Source: Patescibacteria group bacterium (lineage in GTDB: Bacteria; Patescibacteriota; Minisyncoccia; UBA6257; GWB1-50-10). Taken from it: 40,261 nt of DNA. The stretch lies in contig JANBVK010000001.1 of the NCBI GenBank assembly GCA_024239035.1, forward strand, positions 1 through 40,261. Direction: 5' to 3'. This document shows positions 7,857 to 17,182 of the stretch, one piece after another; position 1 is the stretch's first letter, and every line of letters begins with the position of its first letter. The notes under the pieces are model-generated. The model ran no database searches and was not told the origin of the DNA. It was given only the letters and a program-made list of their open reading frames with translations. A program made the translations under genes and the position numbers.

Positions 7857-9064
7857 TCAATAATTCACAACAGAGTCGAGTACCCAGTAATTTCTTCACC
7901 GAAGCCGAGAACACCAAACCATACTTCAAAGCTGGGCTGCAAGGGTTAGCCGGCTCCGGCAAAACTTACACATCCGCTTTAATCGCCAAAGGCCTCCACG
8001 CACGGATCAAATCAGAAAAACCGGTTGTCATATTCGATACAGAGAAAGCCGCGAAATTCTTAAAGCCGATGTTCGCGGAGGCGAAGATTCCCGTCCTTGT
8101 AAGGGAATCAAAATCACTAACCGATCTCATGGAGGCGATGCGTATGATGCGAGAAGAGGGCTTATCCGATATTCTTATCATCGATTCTATCTCCCACGTC
8201 TGGGAAAACTTTCTTGGTGCATACAAGAAAAAAATCGGCCGTGCCAACTTCCAATTCCAGGACTGGGGCCTGATTAAGCCGGCCTGGAAAGAAAGTTTTT
8301 CGGATCCGTTCGTAGGTGATCCATACCACATCATTATGTGTGGCAGAGCGGGTTACGAATACGGCTATGAGATGAACGAGGACACTCATAAAAAGGAGCT
8401 CCGAAAAACCGGCATCAAGATGAAGGTGGAGGGCGAGACCGCCTACGAGCCGGATCTTCTCATTCAAATGGAGCGCTTTCAGGAAATGGAGGGTAATAGT
8501 CTGAAGCGCGTGATCCGCACCGCGACGGTTATAAAAGACCGATCGACGGTAACCGATGGCAAGGTGTTCGAGAACCCTACCTACGAACATTTCGCGCCGG
8601 CCGTCGAGGTGATGCTCTCTGATCCATTCGCTAAAGCCGGGAACTTGTTGCCTGAGGGCGACCCGGCCGCCATGATCCGCACCGAAGAAGAAAAGTGGGA
8701 GTACCGCCGAGAACTCAAAACTCTCCTCGAGGAAATTGAAGGCCTCCTAAATAGAGTCTTCCCAAGTTCAGTGGGTAAGGACCGGGCGAACAAACTAAGC
8801 TCTCTCGATATGGCTTTCGGCACCACGTCCGAAACGGCCATGAAAGAAATGAGGCCGGACGAATTGCGCGAAGGCTTCCGAAAACTAATGGACATCCTGG
8901 TCGAGGCAGGATCCGCCTATTGGTCGGAACGAGACAGTCGAAGGATTCTAAATATCGGCAAGGATCCCGCCGCCACACCGCCTAGTGAGCTGAAAGACGG
9001 AGAACCGCCCGAAAGCGTCTCAAAACCGCCGAAGAAAAAGGATAAGGCTCCTGAAGCCAAGTAG
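7853..9064 (+). CDS. Phage AAA ATPase (AAA_24 / Sak4-like recombination protein)
   Basis: Walker A GLAGSGKT, VIFDTE, Walker B ILIIDSISH, YEPD, VIKDR. ATG 7853 inferred from the ATGA overlap. Confidence 0.8.
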   Translation: MINNSQQSRVPSNFFTEAENTKPYFKAGLQGLAGSGKTYTSALIAKGLHARIKSEKPVVIFDTEKAAKFLKPMFAEAKIPVLVRESKSLTDLMEAMRMMREEGLSDILIIDSISHVWENFLGAYKKKIGRANFQFQDWGLIKPAWKESFSDPFVGDPYHIIMCGRAGYEYGYEMNEDTHKKELRKTGIKMKVEGETAYEPDLLIQMERFQEMEGNSLKRVIRTATVIKDRSTVTDGKVFENPTYEHFAPAVEVMLSDPFAKAGNLLPEGDPAAMIRTEEEKWEYRRELKTLLEEIEGLLNRVFPSSVGKDRANKLSSLDMAFGTTSETAMKEMRPDELREGFRKLMDILVEAGSAYWSERDSRRILNIGKDPAATPPSELKDGEPPESVSKPPKKKDKAPEAK

Positions 9065-9080
9065 AAATTGGCTCTCGACT

Positions 9081-9473
9081 TTGCCCTCACGCTCTCGCGA
9101 TGAGGGCAAAGATGGGGAGCTAAAAATAAACCCCCATATAGCCGGGACTGTGGATAAACAAGAAGATCAAAGAAGAATACCACCGCACGTTGAACGAGTT
9201 ATTAGTAATGTGTTTCAACTTCTCGTAAAACATCCGGTGTTGTTCGGAGTAGAAAAGCGGAAAAGAGCAATTTGGAGATACTGGCAGGAGTATGACGGCG
9301 TGAAAAACAGCATTGGCTATCCTAAATTTGCGAATCTCACTCACACAGAAACTATTGCGCGCGCCATAAGATATTGGAATGAAAACGAAATAAGACGTCA
9401 AAGGGTAATGAATGAAGCAGAAAAACATCAACAAGACCAATCCTTAGCACGCTTAAAAGAGTCTGTGAGTTAA
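9081..9473 (+). CDS. Hypothetical phage protein; true start possibly GTG 9150
   Basis: Co-oriented ORF ending 1 nt before the replication gene; TTG 9081 lies inside a strong hairpin. Confidence 0.65.
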   Translation: MPSRSRDEGKDGELKINPHIAGTVDKQEDQRRIPPHVERVISNVFQLLVKHPVLFGVEKRKRAIWRYWQEYDGVKNSIGYPKFANLTHTETIARAIRYWNENEIRRQRVMNEAEKHQQDQSLARLKESVS

Positions 9474-9474
9474 T

Positions 9475-10509
9475 ATGGAAAATAAAAAACACAAAAGTAT
9501 TCTTCCAAACACAACTCAGGTCCCGCATCTTATTATTCGGACATGGATGCCACGACTTAAAGATACGGAGTTGCGCATACTTCTTGTAATTACTGATCAA
9601 ACTCTCGGCTGGATTGAAGATCGGGCAACCGGCCGGCGCAAAGAACAGGATTGGATATCGCATTATCAACTCTGTAAGAAATCGGGAAGGGCAAGCAGAT
9701 CAGTTTCACGAGCAGCTAAAGTGCTTATTGAAAAACATAGGATAGTCGGGGCGTACGATGAGCAAGGAAACGCCCTGGATACGGCGGGAAAGCGCCAAAA
9801 ATGCGGGTATAGGATTTATTACCGCCTAGCCCTCCATTTGCCTCCTATGACCATTTTTGATACCCCTGCCAAAAGTGCTGGGGTAGCAGATAAGCACCTA
9901 CCCCTGCCAAAAGTGCGTTCGCCAAAAGTGCGAACTACAAAAGTAACCGTTATTACAAAAGGGGTTTTGTCTAAAAAAGACAAAACCTTGCGAACGGCAG
10001 AGCCGATCGCCTCTAAAAGTAAAAATTTAAAAGAAAACAAGAGATCACTGCACAGTCAATTCATAGAATTTTGGCACGAGACAACTCAGCGTGCGCGCGG
10101 TATAAAGCCGGTTATCACAGGCAAGGATGCCCGGAACCTAAAGAGAGTATTGGATATGGGTATTTTGAACCAGTACCGGCTGGAGCAGCTGGCCGCCTAC
10201 TTCCTGGCGCATCCGACGTTTAGGAAATTTAGTCCATCGATTGCGACGTTCCTTTCAGCTGGTATTTTGAACGGTCTAATGAATCGCATGGAGAATGATC
10301 CTAATTTTTGGAAGGAACTTGAGGTGTTTGCAATGCGGCACCTAAAACCGCCGAGCTTCGGAAAAACATTTACAGAAGAAAATCCAAGCGAAATGATCGA
10401 GCGCTTGGCACGATTAAAAGCAAAACTCTTTAAAGAGCCGTTTACTCCAGCTGAGCGCACGAAGTTTCAAGAGGAGGCCGCGGTGGAGGAAAGAGCAGCA
10501 AGAACATGA
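9475..10509 (+). CDS. Phage replication initiator (lambda O-like N-terminal winged helix)
   Basis: NTTQVP...L...ELRILLVI.DQT.GW...K..DWIS..QL...SG; internal iteron-like repeats at 9861-9961. Confidence 0.75.
   Translation: MENKKHKSILPNTTQVPHLIIRTWMPRLKDTELRILLVITDQTLGWIEDRATGRRKEQDWISHYQLCKKSGRASRSVSRAAKVLIEKHRIVGAYDEQGNALDTAGKRQKCGYRIYYRLALHLPPMTIFDTPAKSAGVADKHLPLPKVRSPKVRTTKVTVITKGVLSKKDKTLRTAEPIASKSKNLKENKRSLHSQFIEFWHETTQRARGIKPVITGKDARNLKRVLDMGILNQYRLEQLAAYFLAHPTFRKFSPSIATFLSAGILNGLMNRMENDPNFWKELEVFAMRHLKPPSFGKTFTEENPSEMIERLARLKAKLFKEPFTPAERTKFQEEAAVEERAART
9861..9961 (+). repeat. Iteron-like repeats, putative phage origin
   Basis: TACCCCTGCCAAAAGTGC at 9861 and 9899, GCCAAAAGTGCG at 9921, CAAAAG cores at 9938 and 9956. 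Confidence 0.7.
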
Positions 10510-10670
10510 ATGGCAGTAAAAGGTCGAACCATAAAAAAACAAGTAAACAGGGCCGGCAACGGTTCAGGATGATTACTGATACCCAATCAAATTAGTAATT
10601 AGAAATCTTCTTTGTCATTACATCGCCGCGTAAGCTCCAAAAATCCGAAAGAGGCCTGAAAGAATTTTAC

Positions 10671-10946
10671 ATGTATAAAGAAATCATAAAAAAATATCTG
10701 ATAATCGTTATAACCATTTTCCTGTTCGGTTTCGCGGCGGGGATGTTGGTTAGCATTCCTTTCCGGCCGGATCCCGAAATCATAGTTAAGGAAAAGCCCT
10801 GCACTCTGAACCAACAGATCCTAGACGTGATCAGGACAGAGGAGACACTGAAGTCGCAGCTGTGCATCAGGAACGGTCAGCTGCCTGACAGGAGTATTTA
10901 TAACGGGGAGTTCAAAGGTTGTGTTCCACCACCGGAAGGATTTTAA
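10671..10946 (+). CDS. Hypothetical membrane-anchored protein
   Basis: Single N-terminal hydrophobic helix. Confidence 0.7.
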   Translation: MYKEIIKKYLIIVITIFLFGFAAGMLVSIPFRPDPEIIVKEKPCTLNQQILDVIRTEETLKSQLCIRNGQLPDRSIYNGEFKGCVPPPEGF

Positions 10947-11007
10947 GTGGAGATAAAGTCAAAACATAACAAGTAATTAAAGTCGTAAATCAATAAAAAA
11001 TAAAACA

Positions 11008-12402
11008 ATGACTATAAAATTAATAAAAATTACAGAGTGCTGTGAGTCAAAAACGAACACTCGCGGCAAGGATGCGTTCCAAGGCCCGGCGTTCAACGAT
11101 CTTGTGGCGAGTATCAAAGAGAAAGGGGTAATAGTGCCGGTGATTGTCCGGGAAACAAGCTCAAGTAACAGATCAGTCGCTTACGAAGTTGTCGCTGGGA
11201 GTCGCCGGCTCCAAGCGGCAGCTATTGCGGACTTACAGCAAATCCCAGCAGACGTGCGGGAGCTGTCCGACGTCGAGGCCAGGGAGATACAAATCATAGA
11301 GAACTTACAGCGCGAAGACATCCACCCCGTTGCCGAGGGGGAGGAGTATCGCAAACTTATAGAAGTGTCGGGATATGAGGTGAAGGACGTAGCCGCGAAA
11401 GTGGGCAAGTCGGAGAGCTATGTTCGGCAGCGATTACTGCTTACCAATCTCACCAAAGCTGCTTCGAAGGAGTATCGGGCCGGGAAAATAGACTACGGCC
11501 GCGCGGTTTTGGTAGCGGGGCTTAGCCCCAACGACCAGGAAACGGTTATAAAAGAAATAAAGAGCGGGTGGAATGCACCGACTGCAGTGGCTCTTAAGGA
11601 GCTTATAGAAAGAGAGATATACAAACCTCTCGCAAGTCAGCCGTGGCTCCACGATAAGAAAGTGGCCGAAGCCGTCGGACCATGCAAGGAGTGCCCGCCA
11701 AACAGGAGCGATCTCTTTGGAGAAATAAAAGACGGCCAGTGCACAGACTTAGTTTGTTGGAAGCGCAAGATGGATCTTTATGTCGATTACCGCAAAGGGG
11801 GAATTAAGGATCTTATCCTCGTTAGAAAGGACTACGGATCGGCAAGCAAAGGCGTTCTCTCCCGCAGCAACTATGAGTCCTTGGGCTCGAAGAAGAAACA
11901 ACATTGCAGTTATGCTAGGCAAGCCATCGCGGTAGAGGGACCGGGAGCCGGAAGTATCTTTTGGATCTGTGCTGATGGCAGTTGTAAAAAGCATCACTAC
12001 TCGTTCACGTCTTATGAGCAGACGCCGGCTGAAAAGAAAAGACGGAAGAAGCAACTCCAGCGCGTGCAGGCAGAAAAAGACAAAGAGGATAAGAGAATCT
12101 TAATAGCGCTCAAAAAAGTGAGGTGGCCGATGTCAAAGAAGGTCCTGGACGCGATACTCGAGAAGCAACTGGGACGAGGTCCGCAAATCCTCCGGCCGGT
12201 CATGAACCGCCACAAGTTGAAGATAAAATTGGTAACGCGCAAGAACTGGGAAGGCAAGATGGTCAAGGAACGCGATGTTGGGGCGACACTCCGGGACGCT
12301 GCAAAGAATATGAAGCCGCGTGAGAGGCTGCAGCTGGTGATCGAGATCATCCTGGAGGACTCCTGGGAAGAGGCGAGGGAGAAAATAATCAAGATGCTAT
12401 GA
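11008..12402 (+). CDS. ParB/RepB/Spo0J-family protein with a Cys-rich central region
   Basis: LVASIKEKGVIVPVIVR, YEVVAGSRRLQAA, IIENLQREDI, HTH VAAKVGKSESYV; C..CP...C....C cluster. Confidence 0.88.
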   Translation: MTIKLIKITECCESKTNTRGKDAFQGPAFNDLVASIKEKGVIVPVIVRETSSSNRSVAYEVVAGSRRLQAAAIADLQQIPADVRELSDVEAREIQIIENLQREDIHPVAEGEEYRKLIEVSGYEVKDVAAKVGKSESYVRQRLLLTNLTKAASKEYRAGKIDYGRAVLVAGLSPNDQETVIKEIKSGWNAPTAVALKELIEREIYKPLASQPWLHDKKVAEAVGPCKECPPNRSDLFGEIKDGQCTDLVCWKRKMDLYVDYRKGGIKDLILVRKDYGSASKGVLSRSNYESLGSKKKQHCSYARQAIAVEGPGAGSIFWICADGSCKKHHYSFTSYEQTPAEKKRRKKQLQRVQAEKDKEDKRILIALKKVRWPMSKKVLDAILEKQLGRGPQILRPVMNRHKLKIKLVTRKNWEGKMVKERDVGATLRDAAKNMKPRERLQLVIEIILEDSWEEAREKIIKML

Positions 12403-12794
12403 GTATAGAAGAAACAATTAAAAAAGCGATAGAGGGTGGGTATGGAATGCTCGGATGGAAAAACTATCAGGAACTTATTGTTGGACAACACGATGACCCT
12501 CAAGCGAAAGATGGTTTTTGGAATGTTTATCTTCATTGGAAAGGTAACAATCAAAATATCCTTAGCAGAAAAATAATGGTTGAGAGAATTTTCCTCGACC
12601 CCAAATTCTGGCAATCACTCGGTAAGGCGTTGGGGTGGAAAAACCAATTAGGAAGTTGCCCATTGAACTGTGAATGTGAGGGTGGAATTGTTAATTGTGG
12701 GTGGAAAGGTGAATCGTGGCTCTACTATTGGCATCGCTTCACAGACCACCTCGCCGAAGAAAAACCAATAGAAGAATTTTTTAAGGAATTATGA
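12399..12794 (+). CDS. Hypothetical phage protein
   Basis: ATGA overlaps at both ends. Confidence 0.75.
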   Translation: MSIEETIKKAIEGGYGMLGWKNYQELIVGQHDDPQAKDGFWNVYLHWKGNNQNILSRKIMVERIFLDPKFWQSLGKALGWKNQLGSCPLNCECEGGIVNCGWKGESWLYYWHRFTDHLAEEKPIEEFFKEL

Positions 12795-14605
12795 GTAAAA
12801 TCAAACTTAAAATTTCAAAAGAGATCTCTCTGCCGCTTGAAATAGTTACCCAAGTTATTGCCATTCTTGCAAAGCGCCGTGCTGGCAAGAGCTACATGAT
12901 GCGCCGGCTAGTTGAGCAACTTTTCACGTCGGGACAGCAAGTCATTCTCGTGGATCCGAAAGGCGACCAGTGGGGCATACGTTCCTCGTCAGATGGCAAA
13001 AAGCCAGGTCTTCCTATTGTTATTCTCGGTGGCGAGCATGGTGATGCGCCGCTTGAAGTGAACGCTGGTGAAGTAGTGGCCAAACTCATCGTAGAAGAAC
13101 AGGTTAGTGTTCTGCTTGACTTATCGCCGTTTCGCAAACATGAGGTGGCGACGTTCATGACGGCGTTATTGGAGAATATTTACCGCCTCAAAGCGCGGGA
13201 AATCTATCGTACTCCTTGCATGATAGTGATAGACGAGGCAGACGCCATAGCACCCCAAAAACCTCAGAAAGGCGAGGAGCGCATGCTTGGCGCCGCAGAG
13301 GACATCGTACGCCGCGGAGGCCAACGAGGGATAGGATGTACGTTAGTAACCCAACGTTCAGCCGTGCTTAATAAAAATGTTCTTACGCAGGCGCAGATGC
13401 TTGTAGTGTTGCGAACCATAGCGCCACAAGATCTCGCTGCTATGAAAGCGTGGATAGATGTTCATGGCTCTCCAGAACAAGGTAAGACGCTAATGGATTC
13501 CCTACCTTCCTTACCTGTTGGGGATGCGTGGTTTTGGTCTCCTGGCTGGCCCACAGATGAGGGTATTTTCAAGCGCACACATGTGCTCCCCATTAATACG
13601 TTTGACTCCGCGGCTACCCCGAAGTCGGGCGAAAGGAAAGTTGTGCCTAAAAATCTCGCCGACGTTAATCTAAATGTTTTGAAAAAACAGATGGCCGCGA
13701 CGATAGAGAAAGCGAAGAACGAAAATCCGAAGGTGTTGCATAGACGCATTGCCGAGCTTGAACGGGAAATGAAAACTCATAAGTGCCCGGCCGTAAAACA
13801 GCAACCAGTAAAGATCGAACGTATCGAGATCCCCACGATTGGAAAGCGAGCTCTTGAGAAGTTTGAGAAAAGCGAAAAGGAAATCAGAGCGATGCTCAAA
13901 AAGACTAGAGAGCTTTCTATTATGGCCGATAAATCTGCAACATCGATTCTGTCAGCGATGGATATTCTCTCCAAAGAAGTTCATAAAGTTGCGCAAAAAG
14001 CGTCGGCAATGGCAATGCCGCCTGCCGGCAGGCAGGCAGGCCCTGAACGGGCGCCCGTTCAGGTAGAAAAAAAGCAGCACATCGAGGTTCCCCCGCGGGG
14101 GCCCGGGTTCGAGTCCCGGCCGGCGCTCACAGATGAAGATGAATCAGGACCGCTCAATCAAGGTGAGAGGAAAGTTTTAATTGCTATCGCCCAGCATGTA
14201 GATGGAGTTAAAACCGAACATATTGCGGTGCTAACTAGCTATAAAAAGACCTCTCGCCGTGTTTATCTCCAAAAGCTTTCACAGCGTGGATATATTACGA
14301 AGTCAGACAATAATTTCTTTGCAACCGATATCGGTATAGCAGCACTTGGCTCTGATTTTAAGTCGCTTCCGATTGGATCTGAACTGCGTGAACATTTGAA
14401 ACAGACATTACCTGAAGGAGAGGCAAAGATATTTAACGTGCTCATTGAGCGTTATCCGGATGGAGTAAATCGTGAAGAACTTATGGATCTGACCGGATAT
14501 AAAAAAACATCCATGAGAGTTTATTTCCAAAGACTCAGCGCGCGAAAAGTAATTGAAGTTATTGAGGGCGAGGCAAAGGTCGCAGATAAATTGTTTGAAC
14601 AATAA
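12791..14605 (+). CDS. HerA/FtsK-superfamily ATPase (DUF87/DUF853-like) with two C-terminal winged-helix-like repeats
   Basis: ILAKRRAGKS (Walker A), VILVDPKGD, MIVIDEA (Walker B), RRGGQRG, VTQR. Two repeats GE.K...LT.YKKTS.RVY.Q.LS at the C-terminus. Confidence 0.85.
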   Translation: MSKIKLKISKEISLPLEIVTQVIAILAKRRAGKSYMMRRLVEQLFTSGQQVILVDPKGDQWGIRSSSDGKKPGLPIVILGGEHGDAPLEVNAGEVVAKLIVEEQVSVLLDLSPFRKHEVATFMTALLENIYRLKAREIYRTPCMIVIDEADAIAPQKPQKGEERMLGAAEDIVRRGGQRGIGCTLVTQRSAVLNKNVLTQAQMLVVLRTIAPQDLAAMKAWIDVHGSPEQGKTLMDSLPSLPVGDAWFWSPGWPTDEGIFKRTHVLPINTFDSAATPKSGERKVVPKNLADVNLNVLKKQMAATIEKAKNENPKVLHRRIAELEREMKTHKCPAVKQQPVKIERIEIPTIGKRALEKFEKSEKEIRAMLKKTRELSIMADKSATSILSAMDILSKEVHKVAQKASAMAMPPAGRQAGPERAPVQVEKKQHIEVPPRGPGFESRPALTDEDESGPLNQGERKVLIAIAQHVDGVKTEHIAVLTSYKKTSRRVYLQKLSQRGYITKSDNNFFATDIGIAALGSDFKSLPIGSELREHLKQTLPEGEAKIFNVLIERYPDGVNREELMDLTGYKKTSMRVYFQRLSARKVIEVIEGEAKVADKLFEQ

Positions 14606-14615
14606 AAATAAAATC

Positions 14616-14891
14616 ATGGCAAAAGTAAGAGCATATATAAGAGTCGGAAAATCAAAAAGAATTGACTATAAAGTCAGTGCTTCTCCGAAGCCGAATTACG
14701 CCCCACTTGAATCGTTGAGAGGTATGAGGAAAGAATTTCAGCCAACAGTGGCATTCGCAGTGGATTTTGATATTCCGGACGAACTTTTTGAACAGGCAGA
14801 AAAGTTAATCGGGGAGGTTAAGGTTTCTGCGGATCAGGCGACGATAGCGGCAGATATTTCTAAAGACACAAAGATTGAACCAAAAACATGA
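14616..14891 (+). CDS. Hypothetical phage protein
   Basis: ATG 14616 after an A-rich spacer; co-oriented. Confidence 0.7.
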   Translation: MAKVRAYIRVGKSKRIDYKVSASPKPNYAPLESLRGMRKEFQPTVAFAVDFDIPDELFEQAEKLIGEVKVSADQATIAADISKDTKIEPKT

Positions 14892-15141
14892 AGGAATTAG
14901 AAGAATCATGAGAACAGCCATTACAAGAGCAGTGGAGGAAATTAGAACTCAATATAATTTGAGCGATGAGGTTATTGCTGATGAGTTTTCAAGGATGGTT
15001 AAAATCAATCTCCCGGCAATAAAAAAGGAAATTGCAATTAAATTTTATACTCCAAAAGCCGATATTAAAAAACAAATTCGCCAGGCATTAAAAGAAGAAA
15101 AATTAACGCAAAAATCTTTTAAACAAAATCGTCTAATTTAA
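14875..15141 (+). CDS. Hypothetical phage protein; start may be ATG 14908
   Basis: Co-oriented and tightly packed. Confidence 0.6.
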   Translation: MNQKHEGIRRIMRTAITRAVEEIRTQYNLSDEVIADEFSRMVKINLPAIKKEIAIKFYTPKADIKKQIRQALKEEKLTQKSFKQNRLI

Positions 15142-15143
15142 AC

Positions 15144-15389
15144 ATGATTGAAATACCAAAAGGGAAATGGGACGAAAAAGGGACGTATAGGCAGGTTTTC
15201 TTAATAGACCAAGGAAACAGGCCAAGCGTTAATCTTTGTTGTCCTAGTTGTGGCGGGACGGCAGGACTGCATGATCACGAAATAGCAGACGATGGAACAG
15301 TCAATCCAAGCGTTCAATGCCCGTACGAGGGGTGTAAATTTCATGAATATATCAGGTTAAAAGATTGGAAAGGTCGATTACAAAAATAA
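15144..15389 (+). CDS. Small putative Zn-binding protein (DUF6527-like pattern)
   Basis: CPSCGG...TVNPSVQCP..GC.FH. Confidence 0.65.
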   Translation: MIEIPKGKWDEKGTYRQVFLIDQGNRPSVNLCCPSCGGTAGLHDHEIADDGTVNPSVQCPYEGCKFHEYIRLKDWKGRLQK

Positions 15390-15399
15390 AATCACAAAC

Positions 15400-15615
15400 A
15401 TGAATCAAAAGTTCTTTATAGCGGAGAATGGCAATCTCGTTGTTCTTTACATAAATGAAGCAGGCACGAGGCATGTTGCCGTTTGCGAGCCGATTGAGGA
15501 CGTTGTTTTTCTTTCGGTAGTCAAAGAAGGCAGAAAAGTAGGGAAAGGTCAGCGGCTCTGTAAAAAATGCGGGCAGCCAGGACACACGAAACGAACTTGC
15601 CCGAAGCGAGGATAA
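15400..15615 (+). CDS. Small protein with a C-terminal CCHC zinc knuckle
   Basis: CKKCGQPGHTKRTC matches C-x2-C-x4-H-x4-C. Confidence 0.75.
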   Translation: MNQKFFIAENGNLVVLYINEAGTRHVAVCEPIEDVVFLSVVKEGRKVGKGQRLCKKCGQPGHTKRTCPKRG

Positions 15616-15623
15616 GAAAAGCC

Positions 15624-15980
15624 ATGAATAAAAAAGTATTAGATCAACTAACCGATGAGCTTTTTGCGTTGGTAGGCGACGAAGATCTTGACGACGAAAA
15701 GCTGCGAGAGGCGTCAGAGGGTCTTTTGCCCTCATTGTGCGATGCGTTGCATGAAGCAGGGTATGGTACGCGGTGGTTCAAAATCTGGAGCAATGAACAC
15801 CGCGCCTGGTGGAAACCGGGCCGCCACGGCTACACGACAAACCGGAAAGAAGCAGGCGCGTACCCCTTTAATGAAGCGTGCGAGATATTGGAAAGCGCGA
15901 ACATCGGATTGCACGATGTGCCCAATGAGGCAATGGTCGAGATAGTAGCCGACGAGCCGGCAGCAAAAAGTATAGGTTAG
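15624..15980 (+). CDS. Hypothetical phage protein
   Basis: ATG 15624; WSNEHRAWWKP...GYT....AGAY segment. Confidence 0.7.
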   Translation: MNKKVLDQLTDELFALVGDEDLDDEKLREASEGLLPSLCDALHEAGYGTRWFKIWSNEHRAWWKPGRHGYTTNRKEAGAYPFNEACEILESANIGLHDVPNEAMVEIVADEPAAKSIG

Positions 15981-16041
15981 ACATATCTGGCGCAACTCTT
16001 ATCTATCACTTTTAAGAATTGCGCCAGGTAAGAAGCATCAG

Positions 16042-16428
16042 ATGAATAAAGAAATAAATACACACAATCTTATAGTTAATTTTGGAAAACATAAGGGGCA
16101 ACGTTGGACGCGGATACCAATTTCTTACTTACAATGGCTCGCGAATGAAGTAGATAGCGAGAAAGGCGAGATAGCCAAAGCTGAATTAAAGCGGCGGGGA
16201 GTTACTATGCCGACCTCACTGAGATTAAGCGGGCATTCAATAGACAGGGCTTCGCAAATAACAACAGTGTGGGCGAAAGAGGGTGTGTATAGTTGGCTGC
16301 AAAAAACAGGCGAGGAGGCCCTAAAGGAGGCGGCCGGAAAAGAAGAAGTGAGTTATAAGCATTTTAAATTTGTATTTGTTTATGGAGAGTATTACCCGAC
16401 TTTAAAAACTATTATCCAAAAAAAGTAA
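16042..16428 (+). CDS. DUF3820-like protein
   Basis: N-terminal FGKHKG......P.SYL.WL motif. Confidence 0.7.
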   Translation: MNKEINTHNLIVNFGKHKGQRWTRIPISYLQWLANEVDSEKGEIAKAELKRRGVTMPTSLRLSGHSIDRASQITTVWAKEGVYSWLQKTGEEALKEAAGKEEVSYKHFKFVFVYGEYYPTLKTIIQKK

Positions 16429-16433
16429 TTCCA

Positions 16434-16862
16434 ATGATTATTAAATTCACAATTCACGGCAACCAAGAGTATTACAACGGGAATCCTGTGCCGTTCCAGC
16501 GGATGCTGAATTATGCCTGGCGGCGCGCATCGACTCGATATGTGGAATGGCAGCAGTACGTTCGCGATCAATACTTCGAAACCCGCAGAGCGCTCGGGCT
16601 GCAGGCAATAATTAGTGACAATGGTGACCCTAACGGGATTGAGATGGTGCGTACTACCGAAATTAAACCGTTCAACACAAAACGGAAAGCACAGATGGAT
16701 ATTGAGATTTATTGGAAAAATAACGCGCATGGCGATCCCGACAATGTGTGGAAGGGGGTGGCTGATGCGTTGTTTAAAGACGACAAGAACCTCGACGGTT
16801 CGTTCAAAAGTCAAGTGGCCAAGAATAAGAAAGGTCGTGTCGAGGTGAAAATTACCATCTAG
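16434..16862 (+). CDS. RusA-family Holliday junction resolvase
   Basis: GDPDNVWKGVADAL..DD catalytic motif and C-terminal GRVEVKI. Confidence 0.85.
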   Translation: MIIKFTIHGNQEYYNGNPVPFQRMLNYAWRRASTRYVEWQQYVRDQYFETRRALGLQAIISDNGDPNGIEMVRTTEIKPFNTKRKAQMDIEIYWKNNAHGDPDNVWKGVADALFKDDKNLDGSFKSQVAKNKKGRVEVKITI

Positions 16863-16864
16863 CC

Positions 16865-17182
16865 ATGCTAAAAAAACAACACGTGTGGGTCCATGACCGG
16901 ACCAACAAAGGAACGTACAAACCGAACACTCACCCGCTTGAGAAATTTGAGTTGAATGAAGACCCAAAGCTTAAAGGAAAAGCGTGCAAGATCTGCGGAC
17001 AGAAAGAAACTAATCACTACGCAGGCGGTGAGGATCACTCACACTGCATCATAGAGTGTGAGAACTGCGGCATGCCCTGGAGGTGCGATGTTGAAATACC
17101 GAAGGATCGCCTGGAGTGCAGCAATAAGCGAGTCGACATACATCCAGAATCAATACGGCCAGTAGGCCTAAAAAAGAAATGA
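16865..17182 (+). CDS. Hypothetical Cys-rich protein
   Basis: CKICG, CENCG; ATGA overlap with the next gene. Confidence 0.7.
   Translation: MLKKQHVWVHDRTNKGTYKPNTHPLEKFELNEDPKLKGKACKICGQKETNHYAGGEDHSHCIIECENCGMPWRCDVEIPKDRLECSNKRVDIHPESIRPVGLKKK

Noticed and set aside
9861-9961. CRISPR-like array
   Set aside because: Repeats are short, unevenly spaced, inside a CDS and without cas genes; iterons are the better explanation.
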